IMG/VR virus record: IMGVR_UViG_3300028827_000100
Span: 1 to 64,000 of that record
Source: a virus
DNA: 64,000 bases
Strand: one strand, 5' to 3'
Under the pieces are notes generated by a model. That model saw nothing but the letters and a program-made list of their open reading frames with translations. It had not been told where the DNA came from and did no database searches. A program made the translations under genes and the position numbers. Below, one piece after another: positions 37,004 through 47,286 of this stretch; positions within the stretch are counted from its first letter, which is position 1; the number at the start of each line of letters is the position of its first letter.

Positions 37004-37467
37004 AGTTTGTTATAAAAGCTGAAAATCATACTGTTGTTGCCACTCACAACGACAATCAGGAAATTGAAGATTTGTATCCGTTGTGTTACTTCCTTACTTT
37101 GCCGGACAGCACACCTGTGCCTGAAAACGGGATCTCCCCTTTGTTCGGCATGACTGTTGATGAAGCGAAGATAGTCAAAAAGGACGAGGTAAAGAGGGTT
37201 GCAAGAAGAAAAATACTGAAGATTATACCGGAGTGGAAGCAGGCAAACTACAACGCAAGGGCTTCCGAACTTATTGACAAGAAGGCGTCGGGTCAACAGT
37301 TGACACAGGATGAGCAAATAGAGCTTGACAGCATCAGGTCTGTTTGGGAAACCGTTAAGAATATAAGACTTGCTTCAGACTCCATAGAAATTGAAATAGA
37401 CAATCTTGTGGATATAAATGCAGTTGCAACCTATGACGTTGAAACAAATACTTTGTGGCCTGTATAG
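37000..37467 (+). CDS. tail-fibre assembly-like protein
   Basis: EAK..K..EVK..ARR.IL...PEWKQ.N and terminal WP typical of fibre chaperones. Confidence 0.55.
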   Translation: MKFVIKAENHTVVATHNDNQEIEDLYPLCYFLTLPDSTPVPENGISPLFGMTVDEAKIVKKDEVKRVARRKILKIIPEWKQANYNARASELIDKKASGQQLTQDEQIELDSIRSVWETVKNIRLASDSIEIEIDNLVDINAVATYDVETNTLWPV

Positions 37468-37476
37468 GAGGGCGAT

Positions 37477-38595
37477 ATGCCATCTGTTGGGAGTTTGACA
37501 GAACCTTTTTACAACAAAACATACAACGTCCCCGGTAGCACGATTGTGGACGAATCGAGCACTACCCTGTATCAGTTTCTTGAAGAGCTGGAAAGAACGA
37601 GGTTTGACAACAAGAACACAAACGACTACTATGATACATTTGTTGCCTCAATAAATGCTCCACGTTCAGAGTATCAGTTCAGGGATTCACTTCGCAATCT
37701 TGATAGTGTAAAAGTTGTGATAGACGGGAGTGCATCAACAGTACCTATCACCGGAAGTGTTCAAAGTGCGTCTGTCTTGAATGATGTATGGACTCTTACC
37801 ATCGGAAATGTTGCAAACGTATCTCTGGTTGCAGTTGATGACATTGTTGTTAAAGATGATTTTGTATATTATGGTATTTTGTCTGGATGCTGGAAGATAA
37901 CTTCAGTTGACACACAAAATTCGACTATTACAGTTGAGAAGTACAGCAAAAGAGATTTGAGTGGGGTTACTGGGTATACATTTAATGCCACTGTGTACCC
38001 TGTCGTATACAGGTTCAGTTCCAATTGGGCGTATATAGAGAATTGTTATATGGAATTTAGCAATATTTTATTCAGGGCCGGAACGACGTTTACAAAACTT
38101 TTGACGTATGGGTCAAAACTGAAATTCACCAACTGTGTATTTGACAATATAACTTTGACATGCCATGATACTTTTATATACGACAGTGGGTTTATGGCGT
38201 TTACACAGTATGGGGTTGAGTTTTACGATTGTAGAGTTTACAAAAACAATTATACGGATATAATTTCTTCTCACTATAGTGAGAACAATACAAATTTTAT
38301 TACAGCGGTAAATTCACACTTTAATTATTTAAGGGTTTTGTCAGATTCATTTGGGAACGGTATTGATGCGGTATCGAGTTCGTTTAATCTGTCAAGATTT
38401 TATATATATAACAATACAAACGGACTGAAACTTTCTTCTTCGTCTGTTATTGACGGTTACATTTTTGCGGGTGGGAATCAAACCGATATATATGCAGAGA
38501 ACAATTCCATGGTGAAAATTCCAATGAGTGGAGTTACCACGACTTCGCCTGCCATAGGCGTGGTTGGAAACAGGGAAGCCTTGATAACAACATAA
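37477..38595 (+). CDS. putative tail fibre/spike with beta-helix-like C-terminus
   Basis: N/S/T/F-rich repeats (NGI.A..S, NGL.LSSSS). Confidence 0.55.
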   Translation: MPSVGSLTEPFYNKTYNVPGSTIVDESSTTLYQFLEELERTRFDNKNTNDYYDTFVASINAPRSEYQFRDSLRNLDSVKVVIDGSASTVPITGSVQSASVLNDVWTLTIGNVANVSLVAVDDIVVKDDFVYYGILSGCWKITSVDTQNSTITVEKYSKRDLSGVTGYTFNATVYPVVYRFSSNWAYIENCYMEFSNILFRAGTTFTKLLTYGSKLKFTNCVFDNITLTCHDTFIYDSGFMAFTQYGVEFYDCRVYKNNYTDIISSHYSENNTNFITAVNSHFNYLRVLSDSFGNGIDAVSSSFNLSRFYIYNNTNGLKLSSSSVIDGYIFAGGNQTDIYAENNSMVKIPMSGVTTTSPAIGVVGNREALITT

Positions 38596-38605
38596 GGGGT
38601 TTGGT

Positions 38606-40933
38606 ATGGCATATATTGGAAAATACAACATCAATGCAAACGTTGAATTGACTCTTGAAAATTTCAGTGGGCAGAGCCCGGATTCAACTCCACAGATCAG
38701 AATCAGCTCGATAGCAAAAAGCGGACAAAGGAGTGTTGTTTTAGACTGGTCTGATATGAGTGGGACTAATCCGTATACATATACATATATTCCGACTGTT
38801 GAAGCAAACTATCTTGCTGAATATAAAATCATTTTTTCCGGGAAGGTGTACGTATATGAAGACTCGTTTGTTGTGGAATCGTCTTTGGCCGGTTCTGAAA
38901 ACGACATAAGACATATTTATGTAGGATGGTTCAACAACGACAACAAAATATTTTACATGCCAAGAAAGCCCGATGGGTCACCGATAACAGATTCCGCTTT
39001 CGGGTCTCATGTCGTTGTCAAGGTATGGAGTGGTTCTTCTTGGATAACTTATGCCGATTACACAATAGTAAATGCAGGCTACCTTGCGGATGGTGGTGTG
39101 TGTTTTGGTATACTTTTTGGTGGTGAGTTTGTGAATAGATACGGTGGTAATCCCGGACAGACTTTGACTGTTATGGTTGAGTCAAGTGATTATGCTAACT
39201 ACCCAGTTATTCCAGTTATTTATGAAATAAAAAATGAATATAGTGAAAATGAAAAATACCTTCTCAATCTCTTGCTTGAGAAGGTAAACGGGATTTCAAA
39301 CGGAAGTTGTGAATATGCAGATGATTGGAGCAATCCATATGAAGTTGGAGTGTATTCATATGAGCACACAACTATAGACGATTCACGCAACGTTATAGCA
39401 ATGAACTACAGTCCAAAAGAGCTTGTGTGGGACAAAATAGAAAATGTCACATATTTCAGCGATCCAATAGGGCTTCCTTCGGCAAAAAAGGCAAGAAACA
39501 AATTGTGCAACATTTTGTATGATTCTATTTATGCTGTAAGGTGGTTCAGATATGGCATAATGATGCTTGTGGAATATGGTGGAATCTATAAATTGCTAAT
39601 GTCTTCTATAGGAAGTGCTGGAAAAACTTTGTCATTTATCAACGATGGGATTTTGGATTACGACATTTCAAACTTATATTCAGTTTTTTGGAATGACAGA
39701 CTTGGGAAAATGTATTTGCTGTTTAACAACAGCGGCAATGTAAGAATTATAGTGGTTGATGGAAATACTCTCATGTCGGCTGGGTATTGGGGTGAATCGC
39801 AGAATGTACCATATGAGGTAATAGATACCACCATACAGATTGCAGACTATACTTCTTATATATTTACACCACTTACAGGGGTGGCACGAAGTGCATTTGC
39901 AGTTGATTCAAGTGAGAATTTTGCCATAGTTGACTACAGCGGCGGCAAGGTTGATATATACAACTTGAGAACGAGCAATTCAACTCCACTGTATACCATA
40001 AATGAATTTTATGCGTCTGTGTCATTTGATGAGAATGACAGAATGTATCTTGGTTCATCTGTAGCTAATGGGTATCAGTCAAATTATCCTGTTGTTGACA
40101 TTTACGACAAAGCAATAAACGGAACGGTTGTAAGTCAGATAGTACAGTATACGGAGGGGCAGGATACATCATGGGATGTTATATGTCTTGAGGTGCGTGG
40201 TGGTGTATGCAAGTATTATGAAAGTGACTATGGCTATCTTTACACGTCTGTTGACAGAGGTTTCAGGAGAATACCTACTTTGAGTGATATAGATTCCAAA
40301 ACATCAAAGATGCAGTTTGACGCAAACAACTATATACTTTCTTCCAATCAAACGGGCGATGGAGTTGTGGGTTCTATAGTTGTTAGCATAAATGTTAAAC
40401 TCAATACTGGCGGTGTTCCGATTCCCGATGTTACGGTAACTGTAAAAAATTCAGATGGAAGCGTTGACCTTACAAGGGTTGTGACGGATACAAATGGTGT
40501 TGCAACTGTTGGTCTTGATGCCGGCGATTATCAGGTAGTATTGTCTAAAGCTGGATATGTATTTACTGTACCTGAAACAATAACTGTTGATGTAAATAAC
40601 AACTCTTTTGATTTATATGGTGATGAGCTTGTTATAAGTGTTCCAACTGCTGTTGATGCATGCACTGTATATGAATTTGGGTATACACAGGACGATCAGA
40701 CACCATTGCCGGAACTTGAAGGTATAGCAAAGATAGTATCGTTGCCGTATGATTACAACGGCAAACTCCACACGGGCAAACAGATGCGTGGTGAGTACGA
40801 CAGCAGTCAGGGTATTATATACTGGCAGATTGTGTATGGTGCTACTGTGGATTTCAGGATTCCAGACCTTGGTGTAAATGTTAGAAGGGTCATACCTTCT
40901 GTTGCTCAAGCAAGGTTGAGTGAGATAACGTAA
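38606..40933 (+). CDS. large virion/fibre protein with Ig-like (carboxypeptidase-regulatory-like) domain
   Basis: 775 aa, beta-rich; IPDVTVTV..TDTNG.A...LDAG.Y.V..SKAGY. Confidence 0.6.
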   Translation: MAYIGKYNINANVELTLENFSGQSPDSTPQIRISSIAKSGQRSVVLDWSDMSGTNPYTYTYIPTVEANYLAEYKIIFSGKVYVYEDSFVVESSLAGSENDIRHIYVGWFNNDNKIFYMPRKPDGSPITDSAFGSHVVVKVWSGSSWITYADYTIVNAGYLADGGVCFGILFGGEFVNRYGGNPGQTLTVMVESSDYANYPVIPVIYEIKNEYSENEKYLLNLLLEKVNGISNGSCEYADDWSNPYEVGVYSYEHTTIDDSRNVIAMNYSPKELVWDKIENVTYFSDPIGLPSAKKARNKLCNILYDSIYAVRWFRYGIMMLVEYGGIYKLLMSSIGSAGKTLSFINDGILDYDISNLYSVFWNDRLGKMYLLFNNSGNVRIIVVDGNTLMSAGYWGESQNVPYEVIDTTIQIADYTSYIFTPLTGVARSAFAVDSSENFAIVDYSGGKVDIYNLRTSNSTPLYTINEFYASVSFDENDRMYLGSSVANGYQSNYPVVDIYDKAINGTVVSQIVQYTEGQDTSWDVICLEVRGGVCKYYESDYGYLYTSVDRGFRRIPTLSDIDSKTSKMQFDANNYILSSNQTGDGVVGSIVVSINVKLNTGGVPIPDVTVTVKNSDGSVDLTRVVTDTNGVATVGLDAGDYQVVLSKAGYVFTVPETITVDVNNNSFDLYGDELVISVPTAVDACTVYEFGYTQDDQTPLPELEGIAKIVSLPYDYNGKLHTGKQMRGEYDSSQGIIYWQIVYGATVDFRIPDLGVNVRRVIPSVAQARLSEIT

Positions 40934-40948
40934 AGGGGGTGATGTTAG

Positions 40949-41347
40949 GTGGTGTTGTCAAAGTCTGAAATTATAGAGTTACTTGGTGGCAGGTACCTTT
41001 CGTTTATAGAGTGGCTGAACACGTCAACAGAGCCGGACGTTATTGCTGTCAGGGATTACTGGAATGCGAATGTAAGTTTTGACAGTGATAATCAAATAGT
41101 TTCTGAACTTGCGCAGGTAGTAAAGGATAAGTTTGGAGTTGATTTGTACGAAGAAGGAAAGTTGATATATGTGAAGAAAAACAAATACAGGGTGTCTGTA
41201 GGCAATGTTGAAAATATAACAGAGCTGATAAAGAAAGCGGCGATATATTCAACGGAGAGTGTTGGGTATGCAGGAAGGGATGATGAATATTATTACGTTG
41301 ATACGTATGGAGAGATAAACAGCAATTTGTTTGAACTTGTTGTTTAA
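40949..41347 (+). CDS. hypothetical protein
   Basis: ORF with RBS. Confidence 0.6.
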   Translation: MVLSKSEIIELLGGRYLSFIEWLNTSTEPDVIAVRDYWNANVSFDSDNQIVSELAQVVKDKFGVDLYEEGKLIYVKKNKYRVSVGNVENITELIKKAAIYSTESVGYAGRDDEYYYVDTYGEINSNLFELVV

Positions 41348-41371
41348 AAAAAGGAGTGGGAAAGGAGGCAG

Positions 41372-42196
41372 GTGATGGCAAAGGTTAGAAAAATTAAAAA
41401 GGTTTCGGGTCGGAAAAACAGGATTGGGAAAAAGGTTGACAGGAAGAAGGTCTACAGCCACAGAAACAGGGAGCAGAATCTTCCGGTTGTTTCGGATGTA
41501 TCAGAATTTTCCTTTCTTGATGACGGTCAGCACAGTTGTAGAATTTGCAGAACTCCAGCCGTGAGATTTTTCGTTGTTGAATGCATGGCAAGGGGTTTAT
41601 CTCTTTACAAAACGAGAGAACTTCTCAAAAAACATTTTAATTTTGGAATCACTCCAGCAACGATACGTGAGCATATTGAAAAGCATGATACACAGTACAC
41701 AAAGTGGTTCGGAATGGTTCAGTACAAATTTCCGACCGAAGAAGAAAGAAAGAGATACGAAGCGGCGTTTTTGAGTAGAGTGTCCATTGTAACAGAAATG
41801 TGGGACAAATACATGGTGATTTCAAAACTTTTTAGCATGGTGGTTGGTGATGCAAATAAGATAAATGAAAACGCCGTATTCAATGTTGATGATGTGGCAA
41901 AACTTTCCAACGTAATGAAGTCGTATCTGGAATCAATACTGAAACTCCAGAAGGAAAGGGATATATATGTAGAGGTTGCGAAGGTTGTGCTGTTTACAAT
42001 GGCTAACAACCTCGTTGACAGGTTGTCATCACTTGTAATGGATTTGCCGCAGGAAAGAAGGGATGCGATAGGCAAGGCAATTACGGAAGAGGTAAGGGCG
42101 GCGTTAGACCATGCAAAAAATCTTGGCAGGGAAAAAATAGAGAAGCTCATGGAGAAGGTGCAGGATGAATACAACAGGCTTGTCAAAAAGACATGA
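41372..42196 (+). CDS. putative terminase small subunit
   Basis: basic N-terminus, CRIC...H..KH HTH-like region; directly upstream of TerL. Confidence 0.55.
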   Translation: MMAKVRKIKKVSGRKNRIGKKVDRKKVYSHRNREQNLPVVSDVSEFSFLDDGQHSCRICRTPAVRFFVVECMARGLSLYKTRELLKKHFNFGITPATIREHIEKHDTQYTKWFGMVQYKFPTEEERKRYEAAFLSRVSIVTEMWDKYMVISKLFSMVVGDANKINENAVFNVDDVAKLSNVMKSYLESILKLQKERDIYVEVAKVVLFTMANNLVDRLSSLVMDLPQERRDAIGKAITEEVRAALDHAKNLGREKIEKLMEKVQDEYNRLVKKT

Positions 42197-42209
42197 TAAT
42201 ATCCTGAAG

Positions 42210-44087
42210 ATGAAACCTGTTGGCATTGACAGTTTTTGCCGTTCCATTTCACACAACAGTAAAATTGTTATTGAACTTCCGTCAGATACTCCGGTTGAAG
42301 CGGACGACGACCTGTTTCTGGAAGGGCTTGCTGTCAAGGTCGCCGGAGAAAAAGAAAAGAAAGTTGTAAGTGAAGAATATGGGAATATTATAGATTATGC
42401 GGTTAGAGCACTTGGTTTGAGAACGATATACAAGTATAAGCGGCAATATCAGGTGTTGAGAGACTTTTTCATGTTGCGATGTCCCGTCTGCAACGGAAAA
42501 GAAATGGATGTATGGAATATGACTGAAGAAGAAATTGAGAGAGAAGTGCTCATGCGACTTGACATGAAGTCTGAAAAACTTGTCTGTGACGGGTGCGGGC
42601 ACACCGTTGACAGGATGAAGTACAGAGACCTTGTTCTGTGTGTTGGCATGAGAAGCGGAAAAACTGTTACAGCGGCGATAATTGCCGCATATATATTTTA
42701 TCTGATTTTTGTTGTACCAAAACTTGACAGAAGGTTTCAGCTCATACCAGACCAGAGCTTGAGGGTGTCCATGGTAAGTACATCTTCGTCACAGACTGAA
42801 AAGACGGTTTGGTCTGCATTTACTTCATTGCTTGAGAACGCAATAGACGAAGATATAAAAAGAATTGTCAGGAACAATTCCAACTATGTTGAGATAGATA
42901 CGAATACAAAAGAGTGGAAAGTTGAAAACATAGAGTTTATGTCACTACACTCAAACTCCGGTTCACTTGCAGGTGGTACTGGCATACTTGCCGTGCTTGA
43001 GGAGTTTTCGAGATTTAACCTTGGCACTTCAAAGAGGAGTGCGGATGAAGTGAGAAACGTTTTGGACAGATCGCTTGCAACAACGAGGTCGGTTGCCAAA
43101 ACGTATCTCGAAGACCTCTTTACATTAATGGTAGTCATAAGTTCACCCTACTATGTTGTCGACGATCCTACAATGATGCTGTTTTATGATGTGGGCGAAT
43201 CGGGCGTTATCAATGTGAAATATGGCAGGCATATCAAAGGTGAACTGCTTGCATACCATTATCCAACTTGGGAATTTAATCCATTTATAGACAGAGGGGC
43301 ATCTTTCATAGAGAGGGCGTATTCTCTGGATGCGGCGGCGGCAGAAAGGGACTATGGGGCCAATCCTGTATCGTCGGCTGGTGGATTGTTTGAAAATGTT
43401 GAAAGCATTTACGAGAAAATTTTTCTGGATACAGACGACGGAATTATTTTTAATGTATATCCAAAACGAGAAGGAGACCTTGTAGCATTAACGGCTAAAG
43501 TTGAAAGCATAAAGAATTGTTTTGCCAAAGAGTATTATGTTCACATAGACCTTGGCTTGAATCACGACCTTCTGACTATGGTGTTTGCGAGGCCTGAAGA
43601 TGGGAATGTTTATGTTGACGGCATGCTTGTTATAAAGTCTGAACACAACATAGAGGCATACATTGATACACCGATTGAAATAATAGAAAGTATTAAAGAC
43701 AGGGTGAAAATAAATTATGTATCTTACGACAGATGGCAATCTGTTCCCGGCATACAGCGTTTGAAAAGGATGATGATTCCGGCTGGACTTTTCAGTGTCC
43801 GTGATGATGCGATAGTCACCTTGAAGTTTATGATGATGGCCGGAAAGGTTTACATACTTGACAACGACAAAAATGCAACGACAATTTTGAAACACGAAAT
43901 GAGAAGCGTGAGAAGGGTTAATGGAAAGTTAACTCATACAGATTTGCTTGTGTCTGTTTCCGGTGCTGTGAAGAACGCATTTACAGGTGTTACAAAGAAA
44001 ATGTATACCAAGGGCAGGAATGTCGTTTCCCATGTTACAGATTACAAAAACTTCATGCCGAGAACTGCAAAAATAGGCAGGCTTTAG
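42210..44087 (+). CDS. terL: terminase large subunit
   Basis: GMRSGKT Walker A, AVLEEF Walker B, PTWEFNP, ERDYGA.P, HIDLG and YDRWQS nuclease motifs. Confidence 0.9.
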   Translation: MKPVGIDSFCRSISHNSKIVIELPSDTPVEADDDLFLEGLAVKVAGEKEKKVVSEEYGNIIDYAVRALGLRTIYKYKRQYQVLRDFFMLRCPVCNGKEMDVWNMTEEEIEREVLMRLDMKSEKLVCDGCGHTVDRMKYRDLVLCVGMRSGKTVTAAIIAAYIFYLIFVVPKLDRRFQLIPDQSLRVSMVSTSSSQTEKTVWSAFTSLLENAIDEDIKRIVRNNSNYVEIDTNTKEWKVENIEFMSLHSNSGSLAGGTGILAVLEEFSRFNLGTSKRSADEVRNVLDRSLATTRSVAKTYLEDLFTLMVVISSPYYVVDDPTMMLFYDVGESGVINVKYGRHIKGELLAYHYPTWEFNPFIDRGASFIERAYSLDAAAAERDYGANPVSSAGGLFENVESIYEKIFLDTDDGIIFNVYPKREGDLVALTAKVESIKNCFAKEYYVHIDLGLNHDLLTMVFARPEDGNVYVDGMLVIKSEHNIEAYIDTPIEIIESIKDRVKINYVSYDRWQSVPGIQRLKRMMIPAGLFSVRDDAIVTLKFMMMAGKVYILDNDKNATTILKHEMRSVRRVNGKLTHTDLLVSVSGAVKNAFTGVTKKMYTKGRNVVSHVTDYKNFMPRTAKIGRL

Positions 44088-44096
44088 GGGGTGTAG

Positions 44097-45944
44097 ATGC
44101 CAACTAAAAAGACAACCGGAAAAACAAAAAAGAAGACAGCGTCGTATAACGATGTGATTCCAAGAATAATTGGTGGTGCTGGTAGTGATGGTGGAATGAA
44201 GAAGAAAGCCAATCCAACTGTTGGAGGGCCGGGAACGGTTGGTGGCATTTCCGGTGGAATAGAGTCCGGCATGTCTTTTACAAGACCTGTCAGGTATGAG
44301 CCGGAGTTTGCTTCACCTGAAAGATGGTCTTTTCCAAAAAACATCAAAAAGATAAATGACTACTTCAGAATATTTTACAAGTTCGATCCGCTCGTTGGTG
44401 CTGTGATAGATATATACACAGAAATGCCATTGTCGGATTATGAGATAAGCGGCGACGGGGTTGACGGTGAAATCAAGGAAAGACTTGAAGAAATGTTTGA
44501 AGTGATTAATTTTCTGTCCTTGATGAAAAATATAGGGACAGAGTTTCTTGTTGTAGGTGAGGCGATACCACATCTCTTTTACAATAAAGACCTTGGATAT
44601 TGGGATGGGTATAGTCTTCACAGGCAGGAAGATATTGAAGTGGTGGATACTCACTTAATGGGTATAGAGCCGGTTCTTATTCTTCGACCGGACAAGGAAG
44701 AGGTTGCAAAGCTGAAAAAAATAAAAACGGCATATGAAAAATTCGGAATTGAGCAGGGTGAAACAAATCTTTACATGGAAGAGCTTTTGACAAAAAAGGA
44801 AGTTGCACTTGAAAACCTGAATGTGACGTTTATACCAAGAAGATTGCACGAGTATGAATTGCGTGGAACGAGTATATTGACGAGATTGTGGAGGGCGTTC
44901 ATGTACGAAGACGCTCTTGCAAATGCGAGTATACAGACCGCATACAGGCACGCATCTCCTGTCAAGGTTGTTAAAATGGGAGACCTTGCGAGCGGATACA
45001 TACCCACGGAAGAACAGATTAATGAATTGACAAGAGTTCTTGCGATGAGTGAGACAGACCCGCAGGCATGGGTTTTTGCTCCCCCCGGAACAACATTTGA
45101 AGCATGGGGTACAAATGACAGGATAACAGGGTTGAAATCTGATTATGAGATTATAGAAAATATGAAGTTGACAGCCCTTGGTGTAAGCAGAGATTTTATT
45201 ACGGGGGCGGCGAATTATGCATCGGCACAGGCCGGATTGCAGGTTTTGCTTTCAAGATTGCTTGCATTTAGAACTTTGATAGAACAGGCGTTTGTTTATC
45301 CAAAATTCATTTTTCCGATTGTTAAGGTGAACAAGTGGATTAGAAGGTCTGCCGCCGATTATGAACACAACGTGAGAACTACAAAAAATACGAATTATGT
45401 TATGCCGAAAATAGTGTGGAGCAAGAAGTTGAAAGTTACAGTTGATGCTGAACTGCTTGAGGCGTATTCAAGTCTTGTAAGAGATTTTGACGTTAAGTTG
45501 AGTGAGAGAACTCTTACCGAAGTAGTTGGTATTAACTGGTCAGATGAACAGAGGCGAATTATGGAAGAGAAAATGATAAAGAGTATTATGGAAAAAGGAG
45601 AGATGGAAGAAGGCGAAACGCCTGTTGGCGGTCTACCGGGTGGAGGAGGCAGAGGATTTGGTGGCTTTACCGGAGAGCCGAAAGCCCTTGGTGAGGGCGG
45701 TGGCCCTGAAGGTGGTGTTGAAGAAATTGCGCCAGAACCGAATCTGGAAGAAAGTCCCGGCGAAGTCAGAATGCACGCTTCCGCAAAAAGACAGCTTGGA
45801 GATGTATTTCTTTCCGGTGTTTACAAACCTAACGGTAGAGCAATGCGTGTTCTTGAAGACATATCTGTTGACGAACTCAAGGACAAGATAGGAAAATTGT
45901 ACAGGAACGGGAAGAAGGGTAAGGTAAAAAAAAATAAAAGGTAA
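44097..45944 (+). CDS. portal protein
   Basis: follows TerL; DPLVG..ID.Y.E.P.S, RGTSIL; G/E/P-rich tail. Confidence 0.8.
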   Translation: MPTKKTTGKTKKKTASYNDVIPRIIGGAGSDGGMKKKANPTVGGPGTVGGISGGIESGMSFTRPVRYEPEFASPERWSFPKNIKKINDYFRIFYKFDPLVGAVIDIYTEMPLSDYEISGDGVDGEIKERLEEMFEVINFLSLMKNIGTEFLVVGEAIPHLFYNKDLGYWDGYSLHRQEDIEVVDTHLMGIEPVLILRPDKEEVAKLKKIKTAYEKFGIEQGETNLYMEELLTKKEVALENLNVTFIPRRLHEYELRGTSILTRLWRAFMYEDALANASIQTAYRHASPVKVVKMGDLASGYIPTEEQINELTRVLAMSETDPQAWVFAPPGTTFEAWGTNDRITGLKSDYEIIENMKLTALGVSRDFITGAANYASAQAGLQVLLSRLLAFRTLIEQAFVYPKFIFPIVKVNKWIRRSAADYEHNVRTTKNTNYVMPKIVWSKKLKVTVDAELLEAYSSLVRDFDVKLSERTLTEVVGINWSDEQRRIMEEKMIKSIMEKGEMEEGETPVGGLPGGGGRGFGGFTGEPKALGEGGGPEGGVEEIAPEPNLEESPGEVRMHASAKRQLGDVFLSGVYKPNGRAMRVLEDISVDELKDKIGKLYRNGKKGKVKKNKR

Positions 45945-45956
45945 AGGAGGCAGGAA

Positions 45957-46322
45957 ATGGAAAAGGTGAATCCTTTTAAGGAGAGGCAGACGGTAGATGA
46001 ATCAAGGGCGAATATTCTCTATGGCAAACTGTCAGTGGCCTTTATGAAAAAGCCCGGTGGTTTGTTGTTTAAACTGTTTGACCTTGGAACATTGTCTTTT
46101 CAGGAAGACAACAGGCTCAAGGTGTACAAGGACAGGGTCGGTGATTCTGTGAGAAAGTTTTTGGCAAATATAAAAATTGGCAATGACCCGGTAAAGTGTT
46201 ATGAGGCATTGAGGTATGAATTGTTCAAGACGGCAAGGCTTGGTATAGGGGATGACAGCAAACACAATCTCTTTTGTGAGGCGGTTGACGAAATATTAAT
46301 GTCGATAGAAGAAGAGTTTTAA
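45957..46322 (+). CDS. hypothetical protein
   Basis: AAGGAG RBS. Confidence 0.65.
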   Translation: MEKVNPFKERQTVDESRANILYGKLSVAFMKKPGGLLFKLFDLGTLSFQEDNRLKVYKDRVGDSVRKFLANIKIGNDPVKCYEALRYELFKTARLGIGDDSKHNLFCEAVDEILMSIEEEF

Positions 46323-46331
46323 GGAGGCCGT

Positions 46332-46478
46332 ATGTTTAAAAAAAATCAGAAGGTTACAGATATAAAAAGGGTTGGGGAAGCTGAAGTTGATAAGAGAATA
46401 TCAGAACTTGAAAAAAAGATAAGAAAGGTGATGAGAAACGGCAAAGCTCCACGAGACGTTAAAGTGGTGAAAAAATAA
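46332..46478 (+). CDS. small basic protein (48 aa)
   Basis: hand-translated ORF after AAGGAGG. Confidence 0.55.
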   Translation: MFKKNQKVTDIKRVGEAEVDKRISELEKKIRKVMRNGKAPRDVKVVKK

Positions 46479-46504
46479 CTTGTGGCGTTTTTTCTTCTTT
46501 ATTC

Positions 46505-46534
46505 TTTACGAGGGGGAAAGTGCGCCTTTTTTCA
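46505..46534 (+). promoter_or_regulatory. putative phage late-promoter motif, copy 2
   Basis: TTTACGAGGGGGAAAGTGCGCCTTTTTTCA upstream of head operon; matches 12468-12497. Confidence 0.55.
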
Positions 46535-46552
46535 TTTTTATGGAGGAGTGTC

Positions 46553-47272
46553 ATGCTGATTAAAACTGCAAAAGTCACAATAATTTCTGCAAGCAGGGAT
46601 ATGAGAAGCGGGGCGTTTTCATTCATGAAACGGATTGCAAACACGCCAGCCTCTTTTACAGAGGCAAAGTTTGCAGAACTTCTCGATGTGGTACACAAGC
46701 CGTATAATATATCCAACAATCCAGACGACTATATGTTTCTTGTTGCGAGAGCTTTGACGGCAGATGTACCAAACGAGAACAAAGACGCTTTCGGAGAGTA
46801 TGAGTTGTTGTCTGTCAAGGAAGCTGGAGTGTTCACATACGAGACGTTCAGGATGACACCCCTTCTTGAAGAACATGACGATTCGGACATACCCACAGTT
46901 GCAGGTGGTTTCAATATTGATGCTTATTATGACGATACTAACAGTGATGATAAATTTGTCGCTTTGCTTATAGCACTTGACACTTCAAAGAAACCTCATA
47001 TAGCGTCCAAAATTCTCAATGGTGACAAAGTGGATTTTTCAATGGGTTGTATCTGCATGAGAACAAGGTGCTCAAAGTGTGGCAATATTGCATATGATGA
47101 GAAAGATTTTTGTAATCATGTAAAAAACAAGTTTGCCTTTGGAAAGGACGTTTTTGAGTGGTGCGAAGATGTAACATACAGAGAACTTTCCCATGTTGCA
47201 GAGCCAGCCGATCCTAATGCAAGCAGTATACAGGCTTGTTATAACGATGGCGGCAAAATAATATGTAAATGA
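46553..47272 (+). CDS. prohead (capsid maturation) protease with Zn-finger
   Basis: N.N.DAF...EL, EEH, SMGC, CSKCG..FCNH, ELS.V..PADP. Confidence 0.75.
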   Translation: MLIKTAKVTIISASRDMRSGAFSFMKRIANTPASFTEAKFAELLDVVHKPYNISNNPDDYMFLVARALTADVPNENKDAFGEYELLSVKEAGVFTYETFRMTPLLEEHDDSDIPTVAGGFNIDAYYDDTNSDDKFVALLIALDTSKKPHIASKILNGDKVDFSMGCICMRTRCSKCGNIAYDEKDFCNHVKNKFAFGKDVFEWCEDVTYRELSHVAEPADPNASSIQACYNDGGKIICK

Positions 47273-47286
47273 CAAGGGGGATAAAA

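Noticed and set aside
33434-41347. Diversity-generating retroelement or invertible fibre cassette
   Set aside because: No reverse transcriptase, recombinase or template/variable repeat pair seen
42210-44087. Intein in terminase
   Set aside because: No C/S...HN splice motifs or LAGLIDADG blocks; the insert is a short Cys-rich ribbon
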